A stretch of 64,000 nt of DNA, taken from NCBI GenBank assembly GCA_964016885.1, contig OZ024743.1, positions 241,738,001 through 241,802,000 of the forward strand, in the 5' to 3' direction. Made by a program: the position numbers and the translations under genes. The DNA is from Eledone cirrhosa. Lineage: Eukaryota. This document shows, piece by piece, positions 43,375-56,869 of the stretch (position 1 is the stretch's first letter; every line of letters begins with the position of its first letter). The notes under the pieces were generated by a model. The model was not told where the DNA came from. It saw only the letters and a program-made list of their open reading frames with translations, and did not search any database.

Positions 43375-43772
43375 TGTTACCTTTTTACACCACCGTTTTC
43401 AAATTTCTGTTTTATATGTTTATACACAGGATATGGCTTTCTATAATAATAGTACTAAACACTGTTTCTGGACCCCTTTAGAAATAACCTGCTACTATAA
43501 TAGCCCCAATAACTTGTCTGTAACACTGTACCACTTTGACCCCTTTAACTAAATTTTGTCCGAACAACACCACTAGAAGAATTTACTTTCCCCGCCAACC
43601 CTAACACGCCTCATTAAGCTAACTGCTGCCAAAACATTCTCTCCTTACAATCTCTACTAGTCTGACAGTCTTAAATCCTACTAGTCTGACAGTCTTAAAT
43701 CCCCTTCTCTTCCTACCTCCTTCTTTCTCTTTTATCTAGTGTATAAAATATTTTCATATCATTCCAATACAA

Positions 43773-43889
43773 AGGTCTGACGACATGGTGTGTTTGCTTA
43801 CAGTGTACCTTCGGTTTATGATAATATTTTTATATTATTCAAATAGCGAGGTATAGGTAACCCATACACTATAGAAACAATTGTTACCT
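43773..43889 (+). ncRNA. Type I hammerhead ribozyme motif with 90-nt stem II region
   Basis: aggt-CTGACGA(43777-43783)-catggtgtg..tacactata-GAAA(43874-43877)-caattg-TT-acct; palindromic stem III ACAATTGT. Confidence 0.75.
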
Positions 43890-44124
43890 AATAAATTCTG
43901 TATACCCGCATTTCCATTTCATAAACTTCTTTTCCATATTTTCTCCGGATTTTAAAACACACTTTATTATACGTTGAGCAATCTCTGACGTCGGTTGACT
44001 CCATCCAATGCAACTACTTAGTAACATTGGAATACAAATTTACTAATTATATATATATATATTGATGGTGATTATCGCTAAATATTGATATTGATTTGGT
44101 TATCAATATTAATATTATTGGGCA

Positions 44125-44234
44125 CCCACTGAAGAATTATAAGAGCCCACTTGTATAAGTATCTGTTGATCTTATACAAGCTTCTACATAATTTGGTATA
44201 ATTTCACCCAACTTGTAGAAACGAGTCGTCTGGG
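44125..44234 (+). ncRNA. Hammerhead motif, intact core but 3' strand of stem II deleted
   Basis: ccca-CTGAAGA-attataaga...GAAA-cgagtcg-TC-tggg. Has a 13-nt deletion relative to copy 2. Confidence 0.7.
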
Positions 44235-44809
44235 AAGTGATATATTCGATATATCTCATATGAAATGATACAGCCAATTCTCCACACAATACAATATAGT
44301 TAGCACCCCGAACGTTTAATTAGGAATATACTCAGGTATTTCCTAATGTTTGTTGAGTGAGTTGGAATTTGGCCGGAGTATCGCTATTAGCTTTCTCCGT
44401 TTATGTATTTATACATTTACTCTTGGTGCAACAGATATGAACTTTCCCGAAATAAGGTATGACTCTCTTTGTTTATTTTTTATATGAATATTGACTGTTT
44501 GTTCTTGTATCTCATTCTGTTATTTTGCCCGAGAAAATATCTATATGTGTCATTAAGCGAAGCGCACATATGGTTATCTTTTCATATCCAATTGAGTTCT
44601 CAGCACGTGGCTTGAATTCGTATCGGAATTCAACTGACCTGCGCATGTATTGTTTTTTGGCGGTAGTCTCCTTCCTCCTATTTTCGAGAGAGTGTGATAT
44701 TTTCTTTAGAACTGCTGGACTAACAACCTAGCAGCTCCCTCAAGCACTGATGGTGATTATCGCTAAATATTGATGTTGATTTGGTTATCAATATTAATAT
44801 TATTGGGTA

Positions 44810-44932
44810 CCCACTGAATAATTATAAGAGCCCACTTGTTTAAGTATCTGTTGATCTTATACAAGCTTCTACATAATTTGGTATAATTTCATCCAACTTG
44901 TAGAAATCTTATAATGAAACGAGTCGTCTGGG
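44810..44932 (+). ncRNA. Hammerhead motif, full 9-bp stem II but G8-to-U core change
   Basis: ccca-CTGAATA-attataaga...tcttataat-GAAA-cgagtcg-TC-tggg. Confidence 0.72.
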
Positions 44933-45408
44933 AAGTGATATATTTGATATATCTCATATGAAATGATACAGCCAATTCTCCACACAATACAATATAGTTA
45001 GCACCCCGAACGTTTAATTAGGAATATACTCAGATATTTCCTAATGTTTGTTGAGTGAGTTGGAATTTGGCCGGAGTATCGCTATTAGCTTTCTCCGTTT
45101 ATGTATGTATATATATATACTATAAAGAATGTCCATAGAATCATTTGATAAGATATATACACCATTTCCTCTCCCAATCAACATAATCAACCACACAAAA
45201 AAACAATTAAACCAGGCTATAAGATTAAAAGGCACCTATGAAGAAATAATAGATAATTAAACGACAGCCATCTATTCGCGATCAACAGCTATAGAATATT
45301 TTCGCAATCAGCATTTCAATAGCACGTGGAAATCGATTAAATATATCGTCAACCATACACAATTAGGTATAAAATTAAAGTTAGAAGAAAAAATGTATAT
45401 AAACCTAC

Positions 45409-45494
<86 letters not shown>

Positions 45495-45931
45495 TGTATG
45501 AGTGTGTGTATATGTATGTATATACCTATACATAGATACACATACATGTGTATGTGTGTGCGTGAGTACACGCACGCTTTTGTGTTTCTGTATGTATGTG
45601 TGTGTGGACTTACAATGAATAAGAATTGCAATACAAAACCTAGCTAGATATATCTCTGCAAAAATATGCAATTACCACCCTAAGCAATACTTATTATATA
45701 AACAGAAAATATACACCAGTCACAAATAACAATATACACTCAACTGATTGGCTGCAAATCAAAATTTCAGATTCTTGCAGTATTTTCTACATGAATCCTA
45801 ATACTTCTATAAACATCAGAAGATACATATCAGCATTACTTCATCTAGGAAATGTGACAACGAATGTTTAGAAATGTTGAGGATGTGTTTGGAAATCTTA
45901 TTGTTCCAGATATACTGCAATGCACACATAA

Positions 45932-46353
45932 ATAATTGTTTCTACTTTATGCACAAGGCCAACAATTTGAAGGGGAGGGCGAAGTTCATTAAATTAACCC
46001 CAGTACTTACTGGTGCTTTATTTTATCGAACCCGTAAGGATTAAAGGCAAAGCTAAACATGACTCTAAGTCGTAAATCATAGCGTCCGACGCTCTGCCTA
46101 TACTGCCTCCGCCTCCCTCAGTAAAGAAAAAATAATGCTTTCTAATATAGGCACTAAGCCAGCAATTTTTTGGCGGGAGGGGAAAGTCGATTAAATCGAC
46201 CTCAGTGTGTGAATGGTTCTTTATTTTACAGACCCCGTAAGGATGAAAGGCAAAGCTAACCTCAGTGGGATTTGAACTCAGATCATAAAGACCGTAACTC
46301 TATGCTGCAAAGCATGGTATCTGACGCTCTACCGATACTGCCAATCCACCGCC
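45932..46353 (-). mobile_element. Two tandem SINE copies
   Basis: About 45932-46113 and 46135-46353. Both heads are followed by cctcagtaaagaaaa. Confidence 0.85.
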
Positions 46354-46861
46354 CTCAGTAAAGAAAACATAATGAGAGCAAAAGACAGTCATATTTTCAA
46401 CAGAACATGGCACAAATTGTATCTCTGCGTTTCAGACATCTTTGGAGAAATCGTTGATATGAATATCAAATAAGACGAAATACTTGATTTTGATTTGTTG
46501 GTGGAGCATACTAAAACATAATTTGTAATAATTTAAAATAAATAAAACGAGATATAACGATATTTATCTGAGGTTGATAACTATAAAAGTATTAAAATGT
46601 TAGAATGTTAAAGGAAGAAATATAATGATAATAAGGACCAAGTACGAAAGAAAGACATAGAGTTAGTGATAAAATATTCTCCATTTTAAAAGTCGCAAGG
46701 ATAAATTTCATGAATGAATGCGTGTGTCTGTGTATGTTTGTGTATGTTATGGTTGTGTTATAATCATATCTATATCTGTGATATAATTAGATATAATTCC
46801 CCTTGTATATAACGCTACTAAAGAATACATTTGCCTTACTACTCAATTGGTTTATTTCAAA

Positions 46862-47182
46862 AAGAGGTTCTCAAACGTTTTGGGTCACCGTTCCCCCAAC
46901 CCTATTTCCAGAGAGACCTGCCTACACGCAAGTTGTAAATAATATATAATAAATAAAATCGTTAATTTATATACAATAAATAATATAATATATACTATGT
47001 ATAAATAAATATTATATATGTTTTATTTTATTATATTTATATATAATATATATATTATTTGATATTTAATATACTATTATATCATCTCTACCGCCCACCA
47101 TCCCCTTAGGCCCCAGCACCCCCTCACTCTGGACCTTCTCAACGCCCCCGGGGTGGTGGTCGACCCACTTTGAGAACCTCTG
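46862..47182. mobile_element. hAT (Charlie-like) MITE
   Basis: TIRs agaggttctcaaa / tttgagaacctctg; 8-bp TSD atttcaaa / atttaaaa (7 of 8 match). Confidence 0.75.
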
Positions 47183-47760
47183 ATTTAAAACAACTTATCA
47201 ATTTCCCTTCGAAACGATAACAGAAGCAATGCCATCTCGCTACTTTTAAATGGAAATTCTAAATCAAGAACAAACTTTACTATTTACAATGAGAAAACCC
47301 TATCGCAAGCCGCATCTTAAACATGCAGAAAAATCTATGAAATTCATGTCGAAAAGAAACCTATTCGAAAAGACTTCTACAATGAATGATCATCTGCCAT
47401 CATGCAATATTTCACACTTACAAATATTCCCATAGCCGAACTATGTTTCTAACTACTCTGGCACTTTTATATACATGTATTCATACATTTGATCTTAGTA
47501 CAATATTTATTACTTGTTTAATACCTATCTTTCTATTTTAAGTAGCGGTTATGTTGTTTCCTTAAACTTCTATATATGTTATCCTCTCATGTTCCATATA
47601 TCTAGGTTCAAAGCATTTTATTATTTTTATATATAATTGTTTTTAAGTGTATTCCCGTATAGTTTATTTCTCTGTTGAGAGATAAGCTTGTTTGCACATA
47701 TTTCTGCATATATATATACATATGTGTATGAATGCATATATATATACATATGTGTATGTA

Positions 47761-47819
<59 letters not shown>

Positions 47820-48119
47820 ACATATATATACACACTTATATATAAACGTACATATGTGTGTATGTGTGTGTATGCATCTGTGTGCATAAATTTAACTTGG
47901 TCTGCCTGTCTGTAATAGTATAATGTAGCGTCAGATGTATTCAATAGTTGTACCTTGACTATACTCATGTAAATGTCTATATGTATAAGTAAATCATTCC
48001 ATATGAATGTTTATATGTACATAAAGTTTCTAACTCATCTTATATATGATCAAATCTTATATTATGTATAGTTATCTGTAGGTCTATATATTTGTCTGAG
48101 CGTAACCTTTTTAAAACAG

Positions 48120-48316
<197 letters not shown>

Positions 48317-48477
48317 CTATCTCGACCCCAAAAATAAAAGTACCAAATATCACACCAAATGTAAACATCTGGTGGATATTAGCTGGTTTCATCAATTTTG
48401 ATGAAGATATAGTAATTTCGGTAGGAAAGTCCTCCAGGGGCATATTCAACGGTACAAGCGTAGAAGTTCTGGTCCAA

Positions 48478-48885
48478 ATGAGACCAGAACGGATAGCTCG
48501 AATACCACAACGTGTGCCTCTGGATGGAAATTCCTACATAAACATTTCTGTTGAGGGTAGGCAGCCTTCATGTTACCACTGTTTAAGCAGTGGTCACCTG
48601 AGAGCTTCCTGTCCTCAATTAACTGCATTAAAAAAAGCACTACTGCCGACACCTAACACAACACAATCACCACCACCACAACAACAACAACACACAAAAA
48701 TAACAAAAACAAACCAAACTGCAAACACAGTCCCACCCAACCCCTCCCCACCTAATACAACTCCAGAAACACCCACACACATAACAGCTCCCCAAAATGT
48801 ACCCCTCCCCAACAACACGGATGAGGCCTCATCTCGTCACCCAGTGACGATGAGGGGGGGTGGGGGGTGGCTTTCCCACCAGTAA
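48478..48885 (+). pseudogene. Tx1 ORF1 (gag-like) CCHC fragment
   Basis: CX2CX4HX4C motif followed by a low-complexity P/T/Q region. Confidence 0.8.
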
Positions 48886-49526
48886 AAAGAAAAAAGAAAA
48901 GACATAACACAAACAAAAAAACAAAAATGCAACAAACACACAAACACCAATACAAGCGACGCAAACAGCACAAACAAAAACACCGCCTCCTGAAAACAAA
49001 ACACCTACTACAAAACGTAAACACACACAAGAACCACAGAAAAGAAGCAACACAACAAAAATGTTACACCTACATAAATACTAACAATAAAACATTAACA
49101 GACACCATATATAAAAACCCCTCGGTGGAGACCGAAGGGAAAACTTTTACACACTCTGCGGAGAATCCTAATCTTAAAAGGATTAGGATCTCCATGGACA
49201 CACATAAACAGTTAAAATAAAAATTTCCAAACGACGTAGGTAACCCCTGCGTCAAACCCTATAACCGCGTCCTTTTGAAATATTTCCCCAAACCCACCCA
49301 GACACTCCCACCCCATCCACCCCACCCCCACCAAACATCTCCGTCCCCACCCCGCCAGAGACCACTACCCCACCCCCACCAAACATCTCCGTCCCCACCC
49401 CGCCAGAGACCACCACCCCACCAAACAACCCCTCCAACTCCCCCATCGAAATTGTGCAGCCTGGTCCCCAGGAGACGAAATGGTGAGTGATTTCTTTTCC
49501 TCTTCTTTTAACTTTTCAGCACTAAC

Positions 49527-52500
49527 ATGGCCAATATAAGAGTTGGATGTGTGAATGTACGCGGCCTGGGGATGCCCTGGAAACAGGGCAAACTCTTAAA
49601 CGACCTCAGGTCGCACACTATGGATGTAGTAGCCATTTGCGAGTCCAGGATCCACAGCGAGCGACAACTGGCCACGATCTTCGACGACTTTGAGATCTAC
49701 GCATCTCTCTGTCAGCAAGATGATGGGGGTGGGGTTGCCGTTTTGCTGCGGAAGCACCTGGTCCTCGTAACACAGACGGTACATCTGGACCCGGAGGGTC
49801 GACTGGTGGTCCTAGACGTTGATGGTAGTGAAGGTGGAGCCTTCAGGCTGGTGGCCGCATATGCCCCGTCCGGGACACCGCGGCCAGACTTCTTCAAACG
49901 TCTAGAGACTTTAAAGGAACGTCCCGCTCCCTGGGACTGGAATGGAATCCTAGATGCACGTTGCGACTATGTGGGAGCTTGTCACGATAGAGGGGTGTAA
50001 CAGTCTGAAACAGTTAATCGGCCCATTTGACCTGGCCGATAGATATCGACTAGATTTTCCCAGTGTGCCACTGTGGACGTGGACTAATCCTAGCGGAACA
50101 TCTAGATCGTACCTAGATAGGGTTCTAGTTAGAAAGAAGGATAGGGACATGTTAAGCTGTCCACAAATGTTCATGGTTGCCTATTCAGATCACAAATTAG
50201 TGACCTGCTTAGTCAACCTTGACAGAACCCATAGACAGGGACCCGACTACTGGAAGCTGAACTTGTCGTTACCGGAATGCAAAGCCTACAGTAGACGGAT
50301 TAGCACTTTAGTTAAGCAGCACTTGACGGGGGCCATTGTCAACAACAGATGGTGGTACTCTCTCAAGTGGGCAGTTAGATTAGACTCGATAGGTTTTAGT
50401 AAAGAATTAGTGTTAGATAGAAATAAGACCGAAAAGGAACTGGTAGATAAAGTAGAAGAGGCACTTAGGAGTGGCAACGTAGCCAGCGTGCTAGCGACGA
50501 GAACGGCCTTGGACCAGTTCTTCGACGCAAAGCATGAAGGCTGCGTTGTCAGAAGCAAAATATGTGCTCTGGGAAACGAGGGAGCCAAAGCTCTTAGCTG
50601 GGACCACGTGACGGAGGCGAAAAGTGGCAACAAGTCCACGATTCGGTCTTTGGAGGACCAAGACGGACGCGTGATACGTGAGCCGAAGCAAATGTGCTCG
50701 GCCTTTCAGCGGCACTTTGCTCAACTTTTCGGACAGGGCTGCGCGCCGAGAGGGGCTATGGATTTCGGTCCATACCTCGACGGCCTACTGCGACTTTCGG
50801 ACAGCGAGGCGAAGTCCTGCGAAAGTCCGATTTCGGCCGCTGAGATAGGGGGCGCGCTGAGCCAATGCGGCAAACGCAAATCTCCAGGTCTCGACGGTCT
50901 ACCCTACGAATGTTACGGTCTCCTGGAAGCGGTCTACTGCAACTGGCAGCAGAACGGGAGAATTCCCAGTTCTGTGACCAAGGGCGTAATCACGTTAGTC
51001 AGGAAGGACGAGAATAAGGGGGATGACATAGGCAACTTCCGGCCCATATCTCTGCTCAACACAGAGTTACAGATTTTGGCCAAGGTGTTGGCAAAGAGGC
51101 TGGCACTTGTCGTCGAAAACCTGGTGGGAGAAGCGCAGACATGCGCAATCCCGACCAGGTCCATACACGACAACCTCCACCTCATACAATACATCATAGA
51201 GAGGGTAGGATGTAAACCCGGCTTCGGTGGGGCCCTGATCAACTTGGATCAGTCTAAGGCTTTCGATAGGGTTGACCATCGTTACCTGGATGCGGTGCTT
51301 GAGGCGGCAGGCTTCGGACCCGTGTTCAGGGGCTGGATTGCTGCAATGCACAGCAGCAACATCTGCTCAAGGTGTAGGTGAACGGCTACCTCTCGGCGCC
51401 GTTCCATATCACGCGATCCATCCGACAGGGATGTGTTCTCTCCTCCCTTCTGTACGTACTGACTCGCGAGCCACTACTGCGAAAGTTGGAACTAATGCAG
51501 GGCATCCCTTTGGTACCGGGACTGCGAAAAGGGGCGTCGGCCTACGCCGACGATGTGATATTAATGGTGTCGAGAACCTCGCACCTTTCTGGAGGAATAC
51601 GAAGGTTCACAGGAGCGAAGCTGCACCGGGACAAATCTGACGGTTTGCAACTCGGAACGTGGAGAGGCAAACTGATGACTTCCGATGGCGTCGTCGGACA
51701 CTAGACGGAAGGAGAGGTAAAGCTGCTCAGGGTCTGGTTTGGTCCGGACCTCCAGGTGGAGAAGAACTGGAACGAGGTGACGGCCAAGTTGTTTGCGCTC
51801 ACCCAGAAGTGGGCCGAGTGCAAACTATCTTTGAAAGGTCGAGCGAAGGTGGCGAACACTTTTATAGCGTCCGTCATCTACTACCGCTTGACCGTCGTGC
51901 CTTGTCCAGCCAAAACGCTCGCCAAAATGGAGCGCGCGCTCTTCCAATTCCTTTAGAAGAAACAGGCTCCTTTGGTGAGAAGATCAATCTGCTGCCAACA
52001 CCCTTCAAACGGAGGGCTGGGGATGCCATGACTGACGATGCGCAAACACGCGCTCAGGCTGCGGCACCTCCACGTATTCCTCACCACACAACCGGTGTGG
52101 GCCTCGTTCATGAGGCAAGCCTTCCCACAACTCGTCTCGCTGACCGAGCTACAGTCCTGGGTCAAGCAAAGACCGAGGTAAATGGGCGACTGGCTCATCG
52201 AATGTGCTCTGGCAAACGGACCAGGCGATCAGTGGAGACTCCACTTCGACATTCTATAGAGGGTTGGTCCGCAGCAAGTGCGACGACACGCTCGGAGAAA
52301 CTCTCGGTGTAGAGGAGGGCGAACTGCCAATCTGTTCGGTAGGACCTTCTGCCCGGGACCAATGGACAACTTCCAAAATTCCCTGGCCTTGGCAGTGCTA
52401 CCGAGGAGCTCTACCAGTTCGAGGCATGCTCTACAGACACGGGCGCCCGGGTAGGGACCCTTCGAAAAAGATCTGTCCGAGATGCGTGCGCGACGAGGAA

Positions 52501-52890
52501 AACGTCGCACACGCATTTGTACACTGCCAGGGCGTTACGGACCTGTGGGGCTATGTATAACGACTATTGTCGCGGGTGGGACCAATCCAGTTGACCACCG
52601 AGTCCATTGTCATGAACAAACCGCCACCCTCCTTCAAAAACGAGGGAGAGGCGGCTTTCCTATGTGTTATGGCTATGGTGAAAGAGGTTATATGGTGGAC
52701 GAGGTTAAAAGGACTGAGGTCAGACACCTTTCTCTCCGTCGAGCAACTGATTCGTTTTTTCAAATATCATTTTGGAAGAAGAATCAGGATGGAGAGAGAG
52801 GCGCTGTACCGCAGCAAATTTTATAAAAGGTGGGTGAATGTGGCAAAGATGGCCCGAGAGGTTGGGCCTTCTCTCTATATAAGCCTGTAG
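49527..52890 (+). pseudogene. Tx1 ORF2 (EN-RT-zinc finger), multiple frameshifts and stops
   Basis: Collinear pieces 49527-50000, 49954-51381, 51378-51704, 51756-51956, 52204-52560 and 52567-52890. Confidence 0.93.
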
Positions 52891-53109
52891 GTTGGGGAAA
52901 AAGAGGAAGAGAGGAAGGGAGTACTCACTCTTGGTGCTCCTGGAGATGAGGATTGTACATTTTTTCGGGGTGTGTACAACCCATGTGTAACGCCTCCCCC
53001 GTATTTGGGATATCAATTGTTATTTGTTATTTTATTAATAGTTTTATTTTCATATACCTGTATGTAAACTCCCCATTTGTATTTGCCCCCTTCTTTTGTG
53101 CCCTTGTGG

Positions 53110-53164
<55 letters not shown>

Positions 53165-53285
53165 GTCTATTCTGTTATCTCCTTTTTAACCCACCTCTTA
53201 CTCACTCTTAGGACTTTACTAGCAAACCCACACTAGACGCTCTGGTCCTGTGCTGAGTTGACAGATATATACACAGATGGATAGG

Positions 53286-53371
<86 letters not shown>

Positions 53372-54499
53372 CATAGATAGGGAAAGAGCGAGTGAAATCG
53401 TTGAAGATTATTTAGTCTGACATCACAATTATTAGAAAAATAATAACAGAGAAAGGTAAAGAGACGAAATTTTGAAGAACATGGCTTATATATAACAACC
53501 ACGTTGATACAATATTATTCTTTAATCTCTTAAAGACCTATATTTAAGAGCATTTCAAGGGACAATTATCCATCCAGCTAAGAAGTCTCCCTACTTTCAC
53601 CTTCATTCATTCCCTGACATGGCTTTAAACTCCATTGATGTTTTATCCCGTTGTATGTATTGAGTAGAAAGGAGAGTGTAAGCATAATCTATGTCAAATC
53701 ATTAAGGAGATTAAGGAGTAAAGGTAGATTGAATTGATTATTAAATTCATTCATATATGTAAGATATGGAGATTACGGTGCTTGTTTCACGATATTCATA
53801 TCGATAAGTGTACGTTTGTTGCTTTAAACCTTAGAAACTATAATATATTATTTCGCTAATTCAAATGTCTAACCTTTCTTCTAACTAGTCTAATTCTTTA
53901 TTGATTTGAAACGTACCAGCTTACTAATCCCCAAGAAATATATTTCATTTATCTATTAATATAATTTTCAGCGTGTAATCTGTCCGCCGGCCTTGGAACG
54001 TTAAAAGTATTGTCACTGATTTAAGAAGCCAGTTGATACACACAGACATACACATGCAGAGAGAGAGAGCGAGAGAGAGAGCGCGAGAGAGAGAGAAAGA
54101 AAGATAGAGAGAGAAAGGGAGATAAAGAAAGAGAGGGGAAAACGTACAAATGAAGAGCAAATGCTCATAGCGTTTGTATGAATTAACGTTTAGATGGAAT
54201 ATATGAAATAAGTATGTTGTCTTGATTATACATATATTAACCTTGAATAAATCCTTTTTCACAAATCACCGATTTATTTAATACTATAGTTATATTAGCA
54301 TTACCTATGTTATGAATCGTTCCAGCCGTCGTGAATTTTAAATGTATATATTTATATATGTTTATTTATTTATTATATTTAGTCTTATTGTGTGTTAATA
54401 ACTATTTTAGATTTTAAAACGTGCATTTGATTATTTGCCCAAACAATTTTTTAAAAGAATTCATAATAATTGTTTATATAGAAGTGTCTGATGTTAACC

Positions 54500-55130
54500 A
54501 CAGTGGTAAAGGGATATTCTCGAAGTTACGTATCATGTGATATTAACCATCTGGTTGATAATATATATCTTAAATATTTCCCAAACCCTCTACTTAATTT
54601 CGTGACATCTTGTCTTAAATTTAAAGTGGATCGTGAAGCATTATTGGGCGAGATAGTCTACGGCATCAAAGCCGCCTCTACAATCGATGGAAAAGTAAAG
54701 GATATTTTGCAAACTGCCAGGGAAGTTGTTGGAGAAGTCTTCTCTGACATGATTGAGGAAGACTGTCAAAAGAAACATCAAAGACCATTGAGAAATCCTT
54801 ACTGGTGCAGATTGGAAGAACTTCTGAAATTGTTGAGAAAACGAAAGCCCATTACATTAATTATTTTCTACACATGTGATGCTCACAGCAGCTATTCCTC
54901 AAGCCCAGAATTTTAATGATATGATCATGTAGGATTCTTCTATAAAACGACGCCTATTTATCAGACGTGAGATCACAGCTAATTGAAACAGTTGTTTGTT
55001 AAAGCCAAGGGAAGGTAGAAGCAGCTTCTCATAAATATAAGTTACGTCTTTTTTACCAAGGAAGCCCGAATCGTGTATCACCATTCTAATCTTGAAAATG
55101 CACAGCCACCAACCTCCAGAAGACTGACGT
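54500..55130 (+). pseudogene. Possible decayed piggyBac transposase fragment
   Basis: VDREALLG..YGIK (cf. IDE.LLG..KYGIK), ITLIIFYT (cf. IT.DNFYT) and LPRKPESCITILILKMH (cf. YVPKK.K.V.LLSTMH) in the correct order. Confidence 0.35.
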
Positions 55131-55562
55131 TACATTTCCAGCAACCTACATAGGTCCATTTATATAATTGTTTTTAATAAGCGTGTTTTGCAAAAGCGTG
55201 TTTTTTAGTAAAAAGCGTGTTGAAAAATAAGTTAACTGTATACGATGCGAGTCAACACTATTAAGATATTAATCTTTATATTTTCTAAACCTGCTGATAT
55301 CCGGTGTATAAAATACCTTGGGGTTCATGTATTGTAAATGGCGGATTTTTTCTTTTGTTATTCCTTGATTCCTGGTTTCTCGGAATTCTGAGTCTAAGGT
55401 AGGTAGTCTGTAGTTGGAATGTTTGGTTGAGAAACTTATAGTTACCTCAATTAAGAGGGATGAAACACCTGTCCACATGTGTGAAATAAACCCAAATATA
55501 CAGGGTCAGAATACACAAAGGAGCGAGGATAAAATTGAAAACTATTGCGGAAAACACTTGTA

Positions 55563-55748
55563 CGAGAGTCGGCAGAAAAGTTCATAGGCGGATTATGAAA
55601 GATTATTGCCAGAGCTGTGAAATCAATCTTGTAAGTATTAATTTCAAAACTTTGCAGTGTTTCTTTCCAAGGACGATGTGGTCACTCTATGACAATATAT
55701 TGATCAGCGTATGAACTTTCAATCTATGAAATTTTCAGCCAACTCTCG
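55563..55748. mobile_element. mariner-type MITE
   Basis: TIRs cgagagtcggcagaaaagttcatag / ctatgaaattttcagccaactctcg with TA on both sides. Confidence 0.8.
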
Positions 55749-55899
55749 TATAAGAGCAAATCTTGAAACCGAATGGAGAGACTAAAGAAGAGGGTAGATA
55801 AAGTTGACTGTGGTAAGACGACAAAAAATACTAGAGTAGGATGTTCGGTGATACCACCACAAAGACGAATTAACGGATAGATTTAGAAGGGCTTTAGAT

Positions 55900-56160
55900 A
55901 AGCTAAAGGTAGTGGAAGAACCAGTAACTCATATAAAGACCTTTATCAGCAGAACTTACCCATTTAAGAAAACACCCTATACCAACAAAATGTATACTCA
56001 TTAAGGTAAGCCCACAAATAAACTATAGAACTAGAAAATATTCAGATACAAATAATGTCTACACACTGAACAGAGGCAATACTCAGACAGATTAAGGAAA
56101 CCACGCAAATAACAGAAGGTAAATCCACTCTCAAAAGAAAGCATGAATGTAATGGCAAGA
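55900..56160 (+). pseudogene. Very decayed PLE endonuclease C-terminus
   Basis: ILRQIKETTQITEGKSTLKRKHE resembles the R.IKEA..I....P.LNR..E end of PLE GIY-YIG domains. Confidence 0.4.
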
Positions 56161-56623
56161 ACCCCACAACTTATCGACTGATGACAAAACAAATATTATG
56201 ACACATAAATATAAAGAAGTGCATAAAGATACTTACCCACGATATAATGTAGGAATAGAATAACTACACAGTCACGGGTGAGTTAGAGAATATATTATCA
56301 CACACATATACACACAAAAAGTAACTTGGAGGAGAAACAAGGCATAAAGATACATATGCACACATGCACATGCCAAACACAGAAACTTGTGGAAATAGCA
56401 GCACATATGAAAACACAGAAACATACACGCATGCACGAAGAACATGCACATCACAGAAACACAAGTTAGAGTAAATAAGACAAGATCAAAATAAAGAAAC
56501 ACAGACGAGAACGAATAAACAATGAGATGGTCATAGAATGTGACGAAACACTCTTGACAATTAAATATGACAATTCAACAACCATCTACTAAACTATCTG
56601 ATGAGAGGATTAGATATACAACT

Positions 56624-56814
56624 AATAATGGTTTCTACTTTTGGCACAAGGCCAGCAATTATTCCAGTGCATCACGGGTACTTTATTTTATCGACCCCGT
56701 AAGGATGAAAGACAAAGTTAACCTCGGCGGGATTTGAACTCAGAACGTAAAGGGCCCTAACTCTATGTTGCTAAGCAGAATGTCCGAGGCTCTAGCGATA
56801 CTGTCAATCCACCG
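56624..56814 (-). mobile_element. tRNA-derived SINE
   Basis: Same family. Shares the flank gacctag(t/c)aacacaactaatagtaaa with the copy at 28871-28897. Confidence 0.88.
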
Positions 56815-56869
56815 ACCTAGTAACACAACTAATAGTAAATGAATAAATTGAAAATCTAACAGTAACAGT

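Larger units (their letters stand above)
42440..43931 (+). mobile_element. Penelope-like element 3' end: GIY-YIG endonuclease flanked by ~500-bp inverted pseudo-LTRs
   Basis: 42440-42938 is the reverse complement of 43429-43931 apart from small indels. The centre encodes a GIY-YIG domain. Confidence 0.93.
44063..45106 (+). mobile_element. Non-coding element with two ~350-bp direct repeats, each holding a hammerhead motif (retrozyme or pseudo-LTR like)
   Basis: 44063-44408 is repeated at 44748-45106 with about 340 bp unique between. Flanked by (TA)n. Confidence 0.85.
48323..53113 (+). mobile_element. L1/Tx1-clade LINE, 5'-truncated in ORF1, ORF2 disrupted
   Basis: ORF1 zinc knuckle CYHCLSSGHLRASC; EN (CVNVRGL, AYAP, DWN, SYLDRVL, SDHKLV); RT (KSPGLDGLP, NFRPISLLN, LDQSKAFDRVDH, IRQGC, YADD); C-terminal CPRC..E...H.F.HC. 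(TC)n on both sides. Confidence 0.95.
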
